A model generated the notes under the pieces. It was not told the DNA's origin and did no database searches. It saw nothing but the letters and a program-made list of their open reading frames with translations. From Acholeplasma sp. (GTDB lineage Bacteria > Bacillota_I > Bacilli_A > ML615J-28 > CAG-698), in NCBI GenBank assembly GCA_012838635.1, contig DUOW01000011.1, forward strand, positions 4,882 to 68,881: 64,000 nt of DNA, given 5' to 3'. Shown piece after piece: positions 49,967-60,141 of this stretch. Position 1 is the first letter of the stretch. Each line of letters begins with the position of its first letter. A program made the translations under genes and the position numbers.

Positions 49967-49987
49967 GTTTTTTAATGGAGGTAAAAA

Positions 49988-51568
49988 ATGAGTCGCGCTA
50001 AGTTTGTTTTTGTAACTGGAGGAGTTGTATCCAGTTTAGGAAAGGGCTTAAATGCTGCCTGTTTAGGAAGATTACTTAAGGATAGAGGCTTAAAGGTTTT
50101 TATTCAAAAATTTGATCCTTACATTAATGTAGACCCAACAAACATGTCACCATTACAACACGGTGAAGTTTTTGTGACCGAAGATGGGGCGGAAGCTGAT
50201 TTAGACTTAGGTCACTATGAAAGATTTATTGATATCAATTTATCTAAGCACTCAACAGTTACCTCAGGAAAAGTTTATTTAAGTGTTATTGAAAAAGAAA
50301 GAAGAGGAGAATTTGGTGGTCAAACAATTCAAGTTATTCCTCATATAACTAATGCTATTAAAAAATTAGTTTATGAAGCAGCAGAAACATCAGGTGCAGA
50401 TATTGTTATTACAGAAATAGGCGGTACTGTTGGTGATATTGAGTCATTACCGTTTATGGAAGCAATTAGACAAGTTAGAAGAGAATTGGGATATGAAAAT
50501 ACGATTTATATTCACACAACTTTAGTTCCTTACCTAACAGCTGCTAAAGAATTAAAAACAAAACCAACACAACACAGTGTTAAAGAATTAAGGTCAATTG
50601 GTATTATTCCTGATATTATTATTTTAAGATCAGATCGTCCGATTCCTGAATCACAAAAGCAAAAAATAGCTTTATTTTGTGATGTAAAAGACGATAGAGT
50701 AATTGATGTTCCAGATTGTAAATCAATTTATGAACTTCCATATCTATTGCAAGCGCAAAAATTAGATACTTTAGTCTTAAAACATTTTGGAATAAAAACA
50801 AAACCTATTAATTTAAAAGAATGGAACGAAATGCTTCAAAGAATTAAAAATTCTAAAGAAGAAGTTAAAGTTGCTTTAATTGGTAAGTATGTATCTTTAA
50901 AAGACGCTTATCTTTCTGTTTATGAGGCTTTGTCTCATGGTGGATTCCATAATTCAGTAAAAGTTAAAATAGACGCTATTGATTCTTCAAAAATAACGAA
51001 GAAAAATGTTGATAAAACTTTAGCTGGTTATCAAGGAATTATTGTTCCTGATGGTTTTGGTCAAGAAGCACTAGAGGGACTTTATTTAAGTATTAAATAT
51101 GCTCGTGAAAATAAAATTCCATTTTTAGGCATTTCGTTTGGAATGCATTTAGCATTACTTGAACATGCAAGAAATGTTTTAGGTCTTAAAGAAGCAGATT
51201 CTTTAGAATTAAATTCAAATAGTAAAATGCCAATTATTACTTCAAGAGCAGAAGGTAAAATGAAACTAGGAGCTGGCGAAGTTAAAATTAAGAAAGATTC
51301 TTATGTTTATAAGATATATAAAAAAGACTTAGTTAGCGAAAGATATCGCAATCGCTATCAAGTTAACTTAGATTATGCAGATAAATTAGAAAACGAAGAT
51401 TTTGTTTGGAGTGGCTTTTCTAAAAACGGCACACCAGTAGCTTTGGAATTGAAGAATCATCCTTTCTTTATTGCGGTTCAATATCGTCCAGAGTTTAAAT
51501 CAAGACCAAACAGAGCTCATCCATTATTTGGGAAATTTATAAAGGTTTGTTACGAAAACAAGAGGTGA
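49988..51568 (+). CDS. pyrG: CTP synthase
   Basis: N-terminus FVTGGVVSSLGKG. Glutamine amidotransferase domain with GISFGMH (Cys replaced in this motif region, but typical context). 526 aa. Confidence 0.95.
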   Translation: MSRAKFVFVTGGVVSSLGKGLNAACLGRLLKDRGLKVFIQKFDPYINVDPTNMSPLQHGEVFVTEDGAEADLDLGHYERFIDINLSKHSTVTSGKVYLSVIEKERRGEFGGQTIQVIPHITNAIKKLVYEAAETSGADIVITEIGGTVGDIESLPFMEAIRQVRRELGYENTIYIHTTLVPYLTAAKELKTKPTQHSVKELRSIGIIPDIIILRSDRPIPESQKQKIALFCDVKDDRVIDVPDCKSIYELPYLLQAQKLDTLVLKHFGIKTKPINLKEWNEMLQRIKNSKEEVKVALIGKYVSLKDAYLSVYEALSHGGFHNSVKVKIDAIDSSKITKKNVDKTLAGYQGIIVPDGFGQEALEGLYLSIKYARENKIPFLGISFGMHLALLEHARNVLGLKEADSLELNSNSKMPIITSRAEGKMKLGAGEVKIKKDSYVYKIYKKDLVSERYRNRYQVNLDYADKLENEDFVWSGFSKNGTPVALELKNHPFFIAVQYRPEFKSRPNRAHPLFGKFIKVCYENKR

Positions 51569-52998
51569 AAATTTTGAGTAAAAATAAATATAATTGTATT
51601 ATTGTAGGTGCAGGCCCTAGTGGTATGTATTGTGCTTATGAGTTGATGTTGAAAAGACCAGAATATAAAGTATTGTTAATTGATAAAGGAAACGATATCT
51701 ATGATCGTAAGTGCCCAATTCTCCAAGGTAAGATTGATAAGTGCCCGGTAGATAAAAATGGTTATCACGGATGTAAACCAAGTTGTTCTATTTCAACTGG
51801 TTTTGGGGGAGCTGGAGCTTATTCAGATGGTAAATATAATATTACTAATGAATTTGGTGGTTGGTTAAATGAATATTTAGATGATGATGAATTAATGGAA
51901 TTAATTAACTATGTTGATAAGTTAAACTTAGAGCATGGGGCAAATCCAGAAATTACCGATCCTTATACTGATGAAGTAAGAAAGATTGAAAAGTTAGCCA
52001 TTGGGGCAGGCCTAAAATTATTAAGAAGTAAAGTAAGACATTTAGGGACTGAAGAAAATATTCAAATTCTTAAAAACTTCCGTGATGAGATGGCAAATCA
52101 TGTTGATTATCGCTTCCGTACAAAAGTTGCAGATTTGCTTGTTGAAGAAGACAAATGTGTTGGTGTTGTTTTATGTGATGGTGAAAAAGTCTATGGCGAT
52201 AATGTTATCTTAGGTGTAGGTAGAGATGGCTCTAGCTGGCTTGAAGAAGTATTACAAAAACACAACATTAAGTTTAAAAACAATCAAGTAGATATCGGTG
52301 TTCGTGTTGAAACAAGCAATATTGTTATGGAAGATATCAACACTCATTTATATGAAGGTAAATTTATTTATCGTTCAAGTGTTGGAACAACAGTTAGAAC
52401 TTTTTGTTCTAATCCGAGTGGACACGTTGTTGTAGAAAACCAAAACGGAGCTATTTTATGTAATGGACACTCATTTAGAGATATTAGATATGGTACAGAG
52501 AATACAAACTTTGCTTTACTTGTTTCTCATGAATTTGAAAAACCATTTAATAATCCAAATGATTTTGCTCATGCTGTAGCAACACTTGCTAATATGTTAA
52601 GTTCAGGTTCAGTTATTGTGCAAACATACGGTGATATTATTAGAGGAAGACGCTCAACAGAAAAACGCATTAAAGAAGGATTTATTCGTCCCACTCTAAA
52701 AGAAGCAGTTCCTGGTGATTTAGGGTTAGCTTTACCATATAATACAATGAAATCAATTATTGAAATGATGGATGCATTAAACCATGTAACTCCTGGTATT
52801 GCTAGTGACCATACATTATTCTATGGTGTTGAAGCTAAGTTTTATTCTGCTCGTCCTGAAGTTAATGAAAATTTTGAAACTAAAATTAAAAATTTATATG
52901 TAGCAGGAGATGGAGCTGGTCTAACTAGAGGTTTAGCGCAAGCAGGTGCAAACGGAATTCATATTGCCAGAAGCATTGCTAAAAAAGACAAAGAATAA
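51547..52998 (+). CDS. FAD-dependent oxidoreductase (COG2509-like)
   Basis: Dinucleotide-binding motif IIVGAGPSGMYCAYEL. The true start may be the TTG at about 51574 (LSKNKYN...), which would avoid overlap with pyrG. Confidence 0.7.
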   Translation: MLRKQEVKILSKNKYNCIIVGAGPSGMYCAYELMLKRPEYKVLLIDKGNDIYDRKCPILQGKIDKCPVDKNGYHGCKPSCSISTGFGGAGAYSDGKYNITNEFGGWLNEYLDDDELMELINYVDKLNLEHGANPEITDPYTDEVRKIEKLAIGAGLKLLRSKVRHLGTEENIQILKNFRDEMANHVDYRFRTKVADLLVEEDKCVGVVLCDGEKVYGDNVILGVGRDGSSWLEEVLQKHNIKFKNNQVDIGVRVETSNIVMEDINTHLYEGKFIYRSSVGTTVRTFCSNPSGHVVVENQNGAILCNGHSFRDIRYGTENTNFALLVSHEFEKPFNNPNDFAHAVATLANMLSSGSVIVQTYGDIIRGRRSTEKRIKEGFIRPTLKEAVPGDLGLALPYNTMKSIIEMMDALNHVTPGIASDHTLFYGVEAKFYSARPEVNENFETKIKNLYVAGDGAGLTRGLAQAGANGIHIARSIAKKDKE

Positions 52999-53004
52999 GA
53001 TTAC

Positions 53005-53040
53005 AAGCATTAATTAGATATCTAATTAATGCTTTTTTAT
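53005..53040 (+). terminator. Intrinsic terminator
   Basis: Hairpin AAGCATTAATTAG-ATAT-CTAATTAATGCTT plus TTTTT. Confidence 0.65.
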
Positions 53041-53083
53041 TATTTAAAGAAAATATGATATAATTAAAAAGGAGGCTATAGTA

Positions 53084-53812
53084 ATGGATAAAATAAAAAA
53101 ATTAAAAAAGATTATTGAAGAATCAAATAACATTGTCTTTTTTGGTGGAGCAGGTGTATCAACAGCATCAGGTATTCCTGATTTTAGAAGTTCATCTGGT
53201 TTATATCAAGAAAAGTATAAAAACTTAAGACCAGAGTATATTATTTCTCATTCTTGTTTTATGAAAGATCCTGAACTTTTTTATGCTTTTTATAAAGAGA
53301 AGATGATCTTCCCTGAAGCAAAACCTAACTACGCTCACATTGCTTTAGCAAAACTAGAAAAAGAAGGCAAACTAAAAGCAGTTATAACTCAAAACATTGA
53401 TAACTTACACCAAATGGCGGGAAGTAGTCCAAGCAAAGTTGTAGAACTTCATGGCAGTGTTTATCGTAACAAATGTATGAAGTGTAAGGAAAAATATGAT
53501 TTGGCTTATATTTTAGATGCTAAAGGAGTTCCTTATTGTAAAAAATGTGGCGGACTTGTTAAACCAGAAGTTGTTTTATATGAAGAACCATTAAATAATT
53601 ATGATCTTGAAAGAGCAATTAACTATATTGCTAGCTGTGATACTTTAATTGTTGCCGGAACTAGTCTAACTGTTAATCCAGCTGCAGGTTTAGTTCAGTT
53701 TTTCAGGGGAATAAATTTTGTTATAATTAACTTATCAGAAACACCTTATGATTTTTTGGCAACTCTAGTAATTAAAGAACCAATTGATAAAGTTTTTGAA
53801 AAGGTAATTTAA
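53084..53812 (+). CDS. NAD-dependent protein deacylase (sirtuin, CobB-like)
   Basis: GAGVSTASGIPDFRS. Zn-binding CxxC...CxxC. Catalytic HG. Confidence 0.85.
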   Translation: MDKIKKLKKIIEESNNIVFFGGAGVSTASGIPDFRSSSGLYQEKYKNLRPEYIISHSCFMKDPELFYAFYKEKMIFPEAKPNYAHIALAKLEKEGKLKAVITQNIDNLHQMAGSSPSKVVELHGSVYRNKCMKCKEKYDLAYILDAKGVPYCKKCGGLVKPEVVLYEEPLNNYDLERAINYIASCDTLIVAGTSLTVNPAAGLVQFFRGINFVIINLSETPYDFLATLVIKEPIDKVFEKVI

Positions 53813-53869
53813 AACAAATATAAAGACTTATTTATTAAAAAATGATATAATGAGAAAAAGGAGAAAGAT

Positions 53870-54715
53870 ATGAGTCAAATACTAGATGGACAAATGGTTT
53901 CTAAAGAAATTAGAGAAAGAGTTAAAGAAGAAGTTGCTAGATTAGAAATTAAGCCTAAACTAGCAGTTATTTTAGTAGGTGATGATGATGCGAGCCAAAT
54001 CTATGTTCGTAATAAAGTTAAAACTTGTAATAGCGTAGGAATAATAGCTGAAGACTATCTTTTACCAAGTGATACAATAGAAAAAGAGTTATTAGATTTA
54101 ATTGAAAAATTAAACAAAGATAAATCGGTAAATGGGATTTTAGTCCAAATGCCACTACCAAAACATATTAATGAAAATACTGTGGTTAATACGATTTTAC
54201 CAATCAAAGATGTTGATGGTTTAAATCTTGTTAATCAAGGTAAACTTTTAAATCGCAATCCTGCTTTAGTACCAGCAACTCCTAAAGGGATTATAACTTT
54301 GCTTAAAAGATATTTTGTGGAGATTGAAGGTAAGAAAGTAGTAGTTATAGGAAGGAGTAAACTTGTAGGTATGCCTTTAGCATTACTATTTATCAACGCT
54401 AATGCTACAGTTACTATTTGTCATTCATATACAGAAAACTTAAAAGAAATTACAAAACAAGCAGATATTTTAGTATCTGCTGTTGGTAAGGCTAATTTTA
54501 TTTCTGGAGATATGATTAAAAAAGATGCCGTTGTAGTTGATGTCGGGATTAATAGACAAATGGGTAATATTGTTGGCGATGTAAACTTTAAAGAAGCAAT
54601 GGAAGTTGCCAGATTAGTAACACCAGTTCCAAAGGGAGTTGGACCAATGACAATTGCTAGTTTATTAGAAAATGTTTTAGAAGCATATGACTTACAAAAG
54701 CGTGATATCCAATGA
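53870..54715 (+). CDS. folD: Bifunctional methylenetetrahydrofolate dehydrogenase/cyclohydrolase
   Basis: 281 aa. N-terminus MSQILDGQMVSKEIRERVKEEVARL and GRSKLVGMPLALLF are typical of FolD. Confidence 0.9.
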   Translation: MSQILDGQMVSKEIRERVKEEVARLEIKPKLAVILVGDDDASQIYVRNKVKTCNSVGIIAEDYLLPSDTIEKELLDLIEKLNKDKSVNGILVQMPLPKHINENTVVNTILPIKDVDGLNLVNQGKLLNRNPALVPATPKGIITLLKRYFVEIEGKKVVVIGRSKLVGMPLALLFINANATVTICHSYTENLKEITKQADILVSAVGKANFISGDMIKKDAVVVDVGINRQMGNIVGDVNFKEAMEVARLVTPVPKGVGPMTIASLLENVLEAYDLQKRDIQ

Positions 54716-55278
54716 AACTAATAGTAGGCCTAGGAAATCCAGGCAAAAATTATGAAAAAACAAGACATAACATTGGCTTTATGTTTTTAGATGAAATTGC
54801 TAAAGAATACAACTTAACCTTTAAACTCCAAACAAAGTTTAAAGGAGCAATAGCTAACTTAAAATTAGACAATGATTATATTTTATTAAAGCCCCAAACA
54901 TTTATGAACTTATCAGGAGAAGCAGTAAAACTAGTTATGAACTATTACAATATTGCTTTAGAAGATATCTTAATTATTCATGATGAGCTTGCTTTACCAT
55001 TAGGAAAGTTAAAGATTAAACCTAAAGGTAGTAGTGGTGGTCATAATGGTGTTCAAAACATTATTGATAATTTAGGTTCTGAAGAATTTGCAAGAATAAG
55101 AATTGGAATTGATAATTTTAAAGAAGACATTATAGATTATGTTTTAGGAAAGTTTTCGCGTAAAGAAAGAAAACTACTTGATCCTATTTTAGAAGATGCT
55201 CCAAATATGCTTGCTTACTTTGATAAAAACAATCTAGAAAAATTTATGAGTTACTATAATACTAAATATAATGAATAA
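54712..55278 (+). CDS. pth: Peptidyl-tRNA hydrolase
   Basis: N-terminus LIVGLGNPGKNYEKTRHNIGF. Catalytic His. Synteny pth-mfd. Confidence 0.9.
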   Translation: MKLIVGLGNPGKNYEKTRHNIGFMFLDEIAKEYNLTFKLQTKFKGAIANLKLDNDYILLKPQTFMNLSGEAVKLVMNYYNIALEDILIIHDELALPLGKLKIKPKGSSGGHNGVQNIIDNLGSEEFARIRIGIDNFKEDIIDYVLGKFSRKERKLLDPILEDAPNMLAYFDKNNLEKFMSYYNTKYNE

Positions 55279-58200
55279 TATTTTAGATTTATTTAGAATT
55301 AATAATAATGTTATTTTGTATGAAGAAAGTTTAGAAAATAATTCATCTATTTATTTATATAATGCAGTAAACAATGCTAAGTATTTAGCGGTTTATGATG
55401 CTTATGTTTTAAAGCAAGAATCAGTTATTTATATTGCTTCAAACCTTTATAAAGCAAATCAAGCTTACAATGCATTTTTGCGTCTTGCAGGAGAAGAGAA
55501 TGTAGATTTATATGCCGTAGATGAAATTATCTCAGCTGATTTATTAGTAGTTAGTAATGATTTAAAAATAGAACGGATTAATACTTTAAAAAATATTATT
55601 GAAAAGAAAGTAAAAATCATAGTAACTCATGTTCAAGCAGTTTTAAAACCTTTAATTAGTCCAGAGCTATTTAGAAAACAAATTATTAACTTAAAGAAAA
55701 ACAAAATTATTAATCGCGAAGAGTTAATTAAACAATTAGTGATAATAGGCTATAACAGAACCCCCATTACTTTTCAAACGGGGGATTTTAGCGTGCGTGG
55801 GGAGGTCATCGATATCTTCCCTATTTTAAGTGAAAGGCCAATTAGAATTACTTTCTTTGATGATGAAATTGAAAGTATTAGGTATTTTGATGTTAAAGAA
55901 CAGTTATCTTCAGAAAAACTAGAGAGAATAGATATCTATCCTATCCAAGAATTAATATATAATGACGAACAACAAAAACAAGTTATTAAGAAATTAAAAA
56001 AATTTAATAATCCTCATCTTCAAGAGTTATTAAAAGATATCGAAAATCATAAAAATGATGAAAGAGTAAATAAGTTAATTAATTATTTTTATGATACACA
56101 AGCAAGTCTTTTAGATTATCAAAACACTTTAACATTTTATGACGAATATAACGATCTAAAGAATGTTTATAAAAAGATTTTAGTTGATATTCAAACTCAA
56201 AGAGAAAGTCTAGAACTAGAAATTGAATTACAATATACTCTAGAATATGAAGCGATTAATAAACCAAAACAAAAAGTTTATTTAGAGCAGTTCTCTCGTT
56301 ATATTGATGTTACTTTAGATAAGTTGATTGATCTTAATACTTATTCTATTATTGATTATCAAAATGATTTGAAGAATCTTGTTTTTGAGTTAAAACTAAA
56401 TAAACAAAAAACATATGTTTTAGCTTTTAAAACAAGCGAAAGATTAAAACTATTTAAAAAGATGGTAGATGAGAGTTTACAGTATGTAGAGCTTGAAAGT
56501 TTAGCGAAGATAGAGAAAAACAAAGTTAATTTGCTTGTTATAAAAAACGGAATTAGTTTTGGTTTTCTAGAAGAAAAGCTAGAAGTTATTTCTGAAGAAG
56601 ATATTTTTAAAGACTTAGCAATTAAAAAAGCTAAAAAAACAGTTACTTATCAAGGCAAAACTGTTTATGATAAAGATGAACTAAAATTAGGAGATTATGT
56701 TGTTCATTATGATTATGGATTAGCAATTTATGAAGGGATTAAAACAGTCGAATTAAATGGTTTAAAACAAGATTATCTTTCTTTAAAGTTTTCTAATAGT
56801 GATCTTTTAGTCCCAGTTGAAAGTATTAACTTAATTAGTAAATATGTTGGTAGTGAAGGAGTAGTACCAAAATTAAATAAACTTGGAACTAAATCTTGGG
56901 AAAAGAAAAGAAAGAAAATTAAAGAAAAGTTAGTAGATATTGCTACTGTTATTATTGAGAATGAAACAGAAAGAAGTAAGGCAACTGGCTATACTTATTT
57001 ACCCGATGATGAATTCCAAAAAATTATTGAAAGCGACTTTCCTCACGAAGAAACTTCAGACCAACTTGCTATTATTGAGAATATTAAAGAAGAGATGGAA
57101 AAAGGTAAAGTTATTGACCGTTTGATTTGTGGGGATGTTGGTTTTGGGAAAACAGAAATTGCTTTAAGAATAGCAGTTAAAACAGTTGTAAATAACAAGC
57201 GAGCAGCTTATCTTGCCCCAACAACAATCCTTTCTAACCAACATTATCATACTTTCAAAAGTAGATTAGAACCTTACGGAATTAGAGTTGAATTATTAAA
57301 CCGTTTAGTTCCGTTAAAAAAGCAAAGAGAAGTTATAGAAGATGCGAAAAAAGGTTTAGTCGATATCTTAATTGGAACTCATAGAATTTTATCTGATGAT
57401 GTTAATTTTTATGATTTAGGTTTATTGATTGTTGATGAAGAACAAAGATTTGGAGTTATGCATAAAGAGAAAATAAAATCTTTAAAAAGCAATATTAATA
57501 TTTTAACTTTAACGGCAACGCCAATTCCAAGAACTTTACATATTGCAATTTCTGGAATTAAAAGTTTGAGTTTACTTGAAACTCCTCCAAAAAGTAGATA
57601 TCCAATTCAAACTTATGTTTTATCAAAAAACGATACAATTATTAAGGAAGCAATATATCGAGAGCTAAATCGCGGAGGACAGATATTTTATTTACACAAT
57701 CAGATATCTACACTACACAAAACAGCTATTTATTTAAAAAGATTAGTTCCAGAAGCAAGAATAGTTATTGCTCATGGTCAAATGAATAAAGAAGAACTAG
57801 AAGATAATGTTGCATCATTTATTAATCTTGAATATGATATTTTGCTTTGTACGACAATTATTGAAACAGGAATTGATATTCCTAATGCTAATACTTTAAT
57901 TATTGAAAATGCTGATCACTTAGGTTTAGCTCAAATTTACCAAATTAGAGGAAGAGTAGGTAGAAGCGATAGAATTGCTTATGCTTTTTTAATGTATGAT
58001 AACAAAAAGATATTGACAGAAACAGCTTATAAAAGACTAGAAGCAATCAAAGAGTTTACAACATTAGGAAGCGGGTTTAATATTGCTATTAGAGATCTTT
58101 CTATTAGAGGAGCAGGAGATCTTTTAGGAAAAGAGCAATCTGGTTTTATTGATAGTATTGGTTTAGATTTATATTTGAAATTATTAGAAGAAGCGATTGA

Positions 58201-58678
58201 TGATGTAAAGGGAGTTACAAAGACTGAACCTAAGAGTTATAGTATTAAAGTTTCAAGGTTTGTAGATGATAGTTATGTTTCAGATGATGAGTTAAAGATT
58301 ATGATTCATAAAGAAATTGGCAAAATCGAATCTAAAGAAGATAAAGACAAAATTATTACCATCTTTACAGATAGGTTTGGCGAACTATCAGATGAGTTAC
58401 TTTTATATATAGAAAGTATTTACTTAAATGCTTTATTATTGAAATACGACATTGACAGGATTGTGGAAACTAAACTTTTTGCAACTGTCATCTTCACCAA
58501 AGAGAAAACAAAGCAATTAGATATGGAAAAGGTCTTTATGGTTGCTTATAATATTTCTAATGATTTTCATTTTGAATATAGACAAGATCAATTAGTTTTA
58601 AAACTAGGAAAAGAAGTTCAATCTAAAGATTGGATTTATACTTTCACTAATTTTTTTGAAAATTTGTCATATTTTTAA
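55271..58678 (+). CDS. mfd: Transcription-repair coupling factor
   Basis: 1135 aa. Superfamily 2 helicase motifs (GDVGFGKTE, DEEQRFG, TATPIPRT) and a TRG motif region. Confidence 0.9.
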   Translation: MNNILDLFRINNNVILYEESLENNSSIYLYNAVNNAKYLAVYDAYVLKQESVIYIASNLYKANQAYNAFLRLAGEENVDLYAVDEIISADLLVVSNDLKIERINTLKNIIEKKVKIIVTHVQAVLKPLISPELFRKQIINLKKNKIINREELIKQLVIIGYNRTPITFQTGDFSVRGEVIDIFPILSERPIRITFFDDEIESIRYFDVKEQLSSEKLERIDIYPIQELIYNDEQQKQVIKKLKKFNNPHLQELLKDIENHKNDERVNKLINYFYDTQASLLDYQNTLTFYDEYNDLKNVYKKILVDIQTQRESLELEIELQYTLEYEAINKPKQKVYLEQFSRYIDVTLDKLIDLNTYSIIDYQNDLKNLVFELKLNKQKTYVLAFKTSERLKLFKKMVDESLQYVELESLAKIEKNKVNLLVIKNGISFGFLEEKLEVISEEDIFKDLAIKKAKKTVTYQGKTVYDKDELKLGDYVVHYDYGLAIYEGIKTVELNGLKQDYLSLKFSNSDLLVPVESINLISKYVGSEGVVPKLNKLGTKSWEKKRKKIKEKLVDIATVIIENETERSKATGYTYLPDDEFQKIIESDFPHEETSDQLAIIENIKEEMEKGKVIDRLICGDVGFGKTEIALRIAVKTVVNNKRAAYLAPTTILSNQHYHTFKSRLEPYGIRVELLNRLVPLKKQREVIEDAKKGLVDILIGTHRILSDDVNFYDLGLLIVDEEQRFGVMHKEKIKSLKSNINILTLTATPIPRTLHIAISGIKSLSLLETPPKSRYPIQTYVLSKNDTIIKEAIYRELNRGGQIFYLHNQISTLHKTAIYLKRLVPEARIVIAHGQMNKEELEDNVASFINLEYDILLCTTIIETGIDIPNANTLIIENADHLGLAQIYQIRGRVGRSDRIAYAFLMYDNKKILTETAYKRLEAIKEFTTLGSGFNIAIRDLSIRGAGDLLGKEQSGFIDSIGLDLYLKLLEEAIDDVKGVTKTEPKSYSIKVSRFVDDSYVSDDELKIMIHKEIGKIESKEDKDKIITIFTDRFGELSDELLLYIESIYLNALLLKYDIDRIVETKLFATVIFTKEKTKQLDMEKVFMVAYNISNDFHFEYRQDQLVLKLGKEVQSKDWIYTFTNFFENLSYF

Positions 58679-58731
58679 GGTTAATATAATAAATGACCGC
58701 TATAATATAAAAGAATAAAAGAGAAATTAAG

Positions 58732-59144
58732 ATGACGAAGAAATCAAGGTTATTAAAGTTTCTACAAATTCTTGGTTATATTGGATTATTTGCGGCAATT
58801 TTAGCAACGGTAATGCCGGCTATTAATGCTGTTTTAATCTTTTTAAAATCTTACTTTTAGCAATAGTATTTATTATTACTTTAGGTTTAATTTTATTAAA
58901 TGACCAATATCGAGCCCTATGGAAAGATATAGACTACATACCCTTAGATTTGTTTCAAAGATTAGGAAATACTTTCTATCCCATTGCAATTGTGTTAGGA
59001 GTACTTACACTAGTAATGGTGCTTGTTAAAGGGAAGCAATTGCTGGGCTATAAAAAACATTTGACAACTTCGGTAGTTTTAACAGGAGTTTCGATTTTTG
59101 GAATTATCCTTCATTATTTAATTTACACTAATGTTTATCGTTAA
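58732..59144 (+). pseudogene. Small membrane protein gene apparently interrupted by a frameshift near 58850
   Basis: The ORF MTKKSRLLKFLQILGYIGLFAAILATVMPAINAVLIFLKSYF stops at the TAG at 58858. An overlapping frame is open from 58827 through 59144 with no in-frame ATG (the track uses TTG at 58950). A T/A homopolymer context occurs at 58841..58850. Confidence 0.35.
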
Positions 59145-59238
59145 TGTTAAAGGTGTGTAAAATCAAACGAGGACTGTTGAAAAATTGGGTTCAAAATGTT
59201 ATAATATTAAAGGTGGGAACAATTTTAAAGGAGGAAAA

Positions 59239-60117
59239 ATGAGTAAAATTGCAATTATTACTGACGTAAACGCAGGTTTAGATTACATCGGTTACGATCC
59301 ACAAATCCCAACATTACGTTCTGTAATTAATTTTGGGGAAGAACATTTAGTTGATGGTATTGAAATTAAAGCTGATGAGTTTTACGAAAGATTAAAACGC
59401 GTAAAAAGCAAAGAAGATATTCCATCAACGTCAGCACCTACTTTAGGTGATATGATGATTATGATTGAAGATCATATTAAAAAAGGTTATACAGATATTA
59501 TTTTATATTCAATATCTTATAATTTAAGTTCTATTGGTCAAACTTTTATGACCCTTAAAGATGAGTATGCTGGTAAAATTAATCTTTATTCAGTAAATAC
59601 TAAAACAGCTACATATTTACAAGGATATTTAGCATTAGTAGCTAAAAAAATGGTCGATGAAGGTAAAAGCGTTGAAGAGATTTTAGAGTATACTGATTAC
59701 TTAATCGAAAACTCACACGCTTATTTTGTAGTTGATAGTTTAGACTATCTTGTAAAGAATGGTAGATTAGGTCGTTTTAGTGGTACTTTAGGAAGTTGGC
59801 TTGCAATCAAGCCAGTTCTAGAGTTAAACAAAGAAGGCGCTATTGTAACTTATGAAAAAGTAAGAACTTATTCAAAAGCGATTGATAGACTAAAAGAATT
59901 AGTTATTAACGAAATTGGTGATTCGCAAGATGTTTTAATTCAAGTTATCCAAAGTGGCAATATTGAAACTTGTAAACAAATTGTGAAAGAAATGAAAGAA
60001 TATTATGGTAATCGCGCAGAAGTTGGGTTACAATATATTACACCAGCAGTAGGAGCACACATTGGTCGTGACGTTGTTGGTATTGGTTATTATATTTTAG
60101 ATAAGTTCAAGAAGTAA
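59239..60117 (+). CDS. DegV family fatty-acid-binding protein
   Basis: Start MSKIAIITD with a GGAGG RBS. DegV N-terminal consensus and 2-domain length. Confidence 0.8.
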   Translation: MSKIAIITDVNAGLDYIGYDPQIPTLRSVINFGEEHLVDGIEIKADEFYERLKRVKSKEDIPSTSAPTLGDMMIMIEDHIKKGYTDIILYSISYNLSSIGQTFMTLKDEYAGKINLYSVNTKTATYLQGYLALVAKKMVDEGKSVEEILEYTDYLIENSHAYFVVDSLDYLVKNGRLGRFSGTLGSWLAIKPVLELNKEGAIVTYEKVRTYSKAIDRLKELVINEIGDSQDVLIQVIQSGNIETCKQIVKEMKEYYGNRAEVGLQYITPAVGAHIGRDVVGIGYYILDKFKK

Positions 60118-60141
60118 TTAACAAAAGACAAGGAGGTAAAA

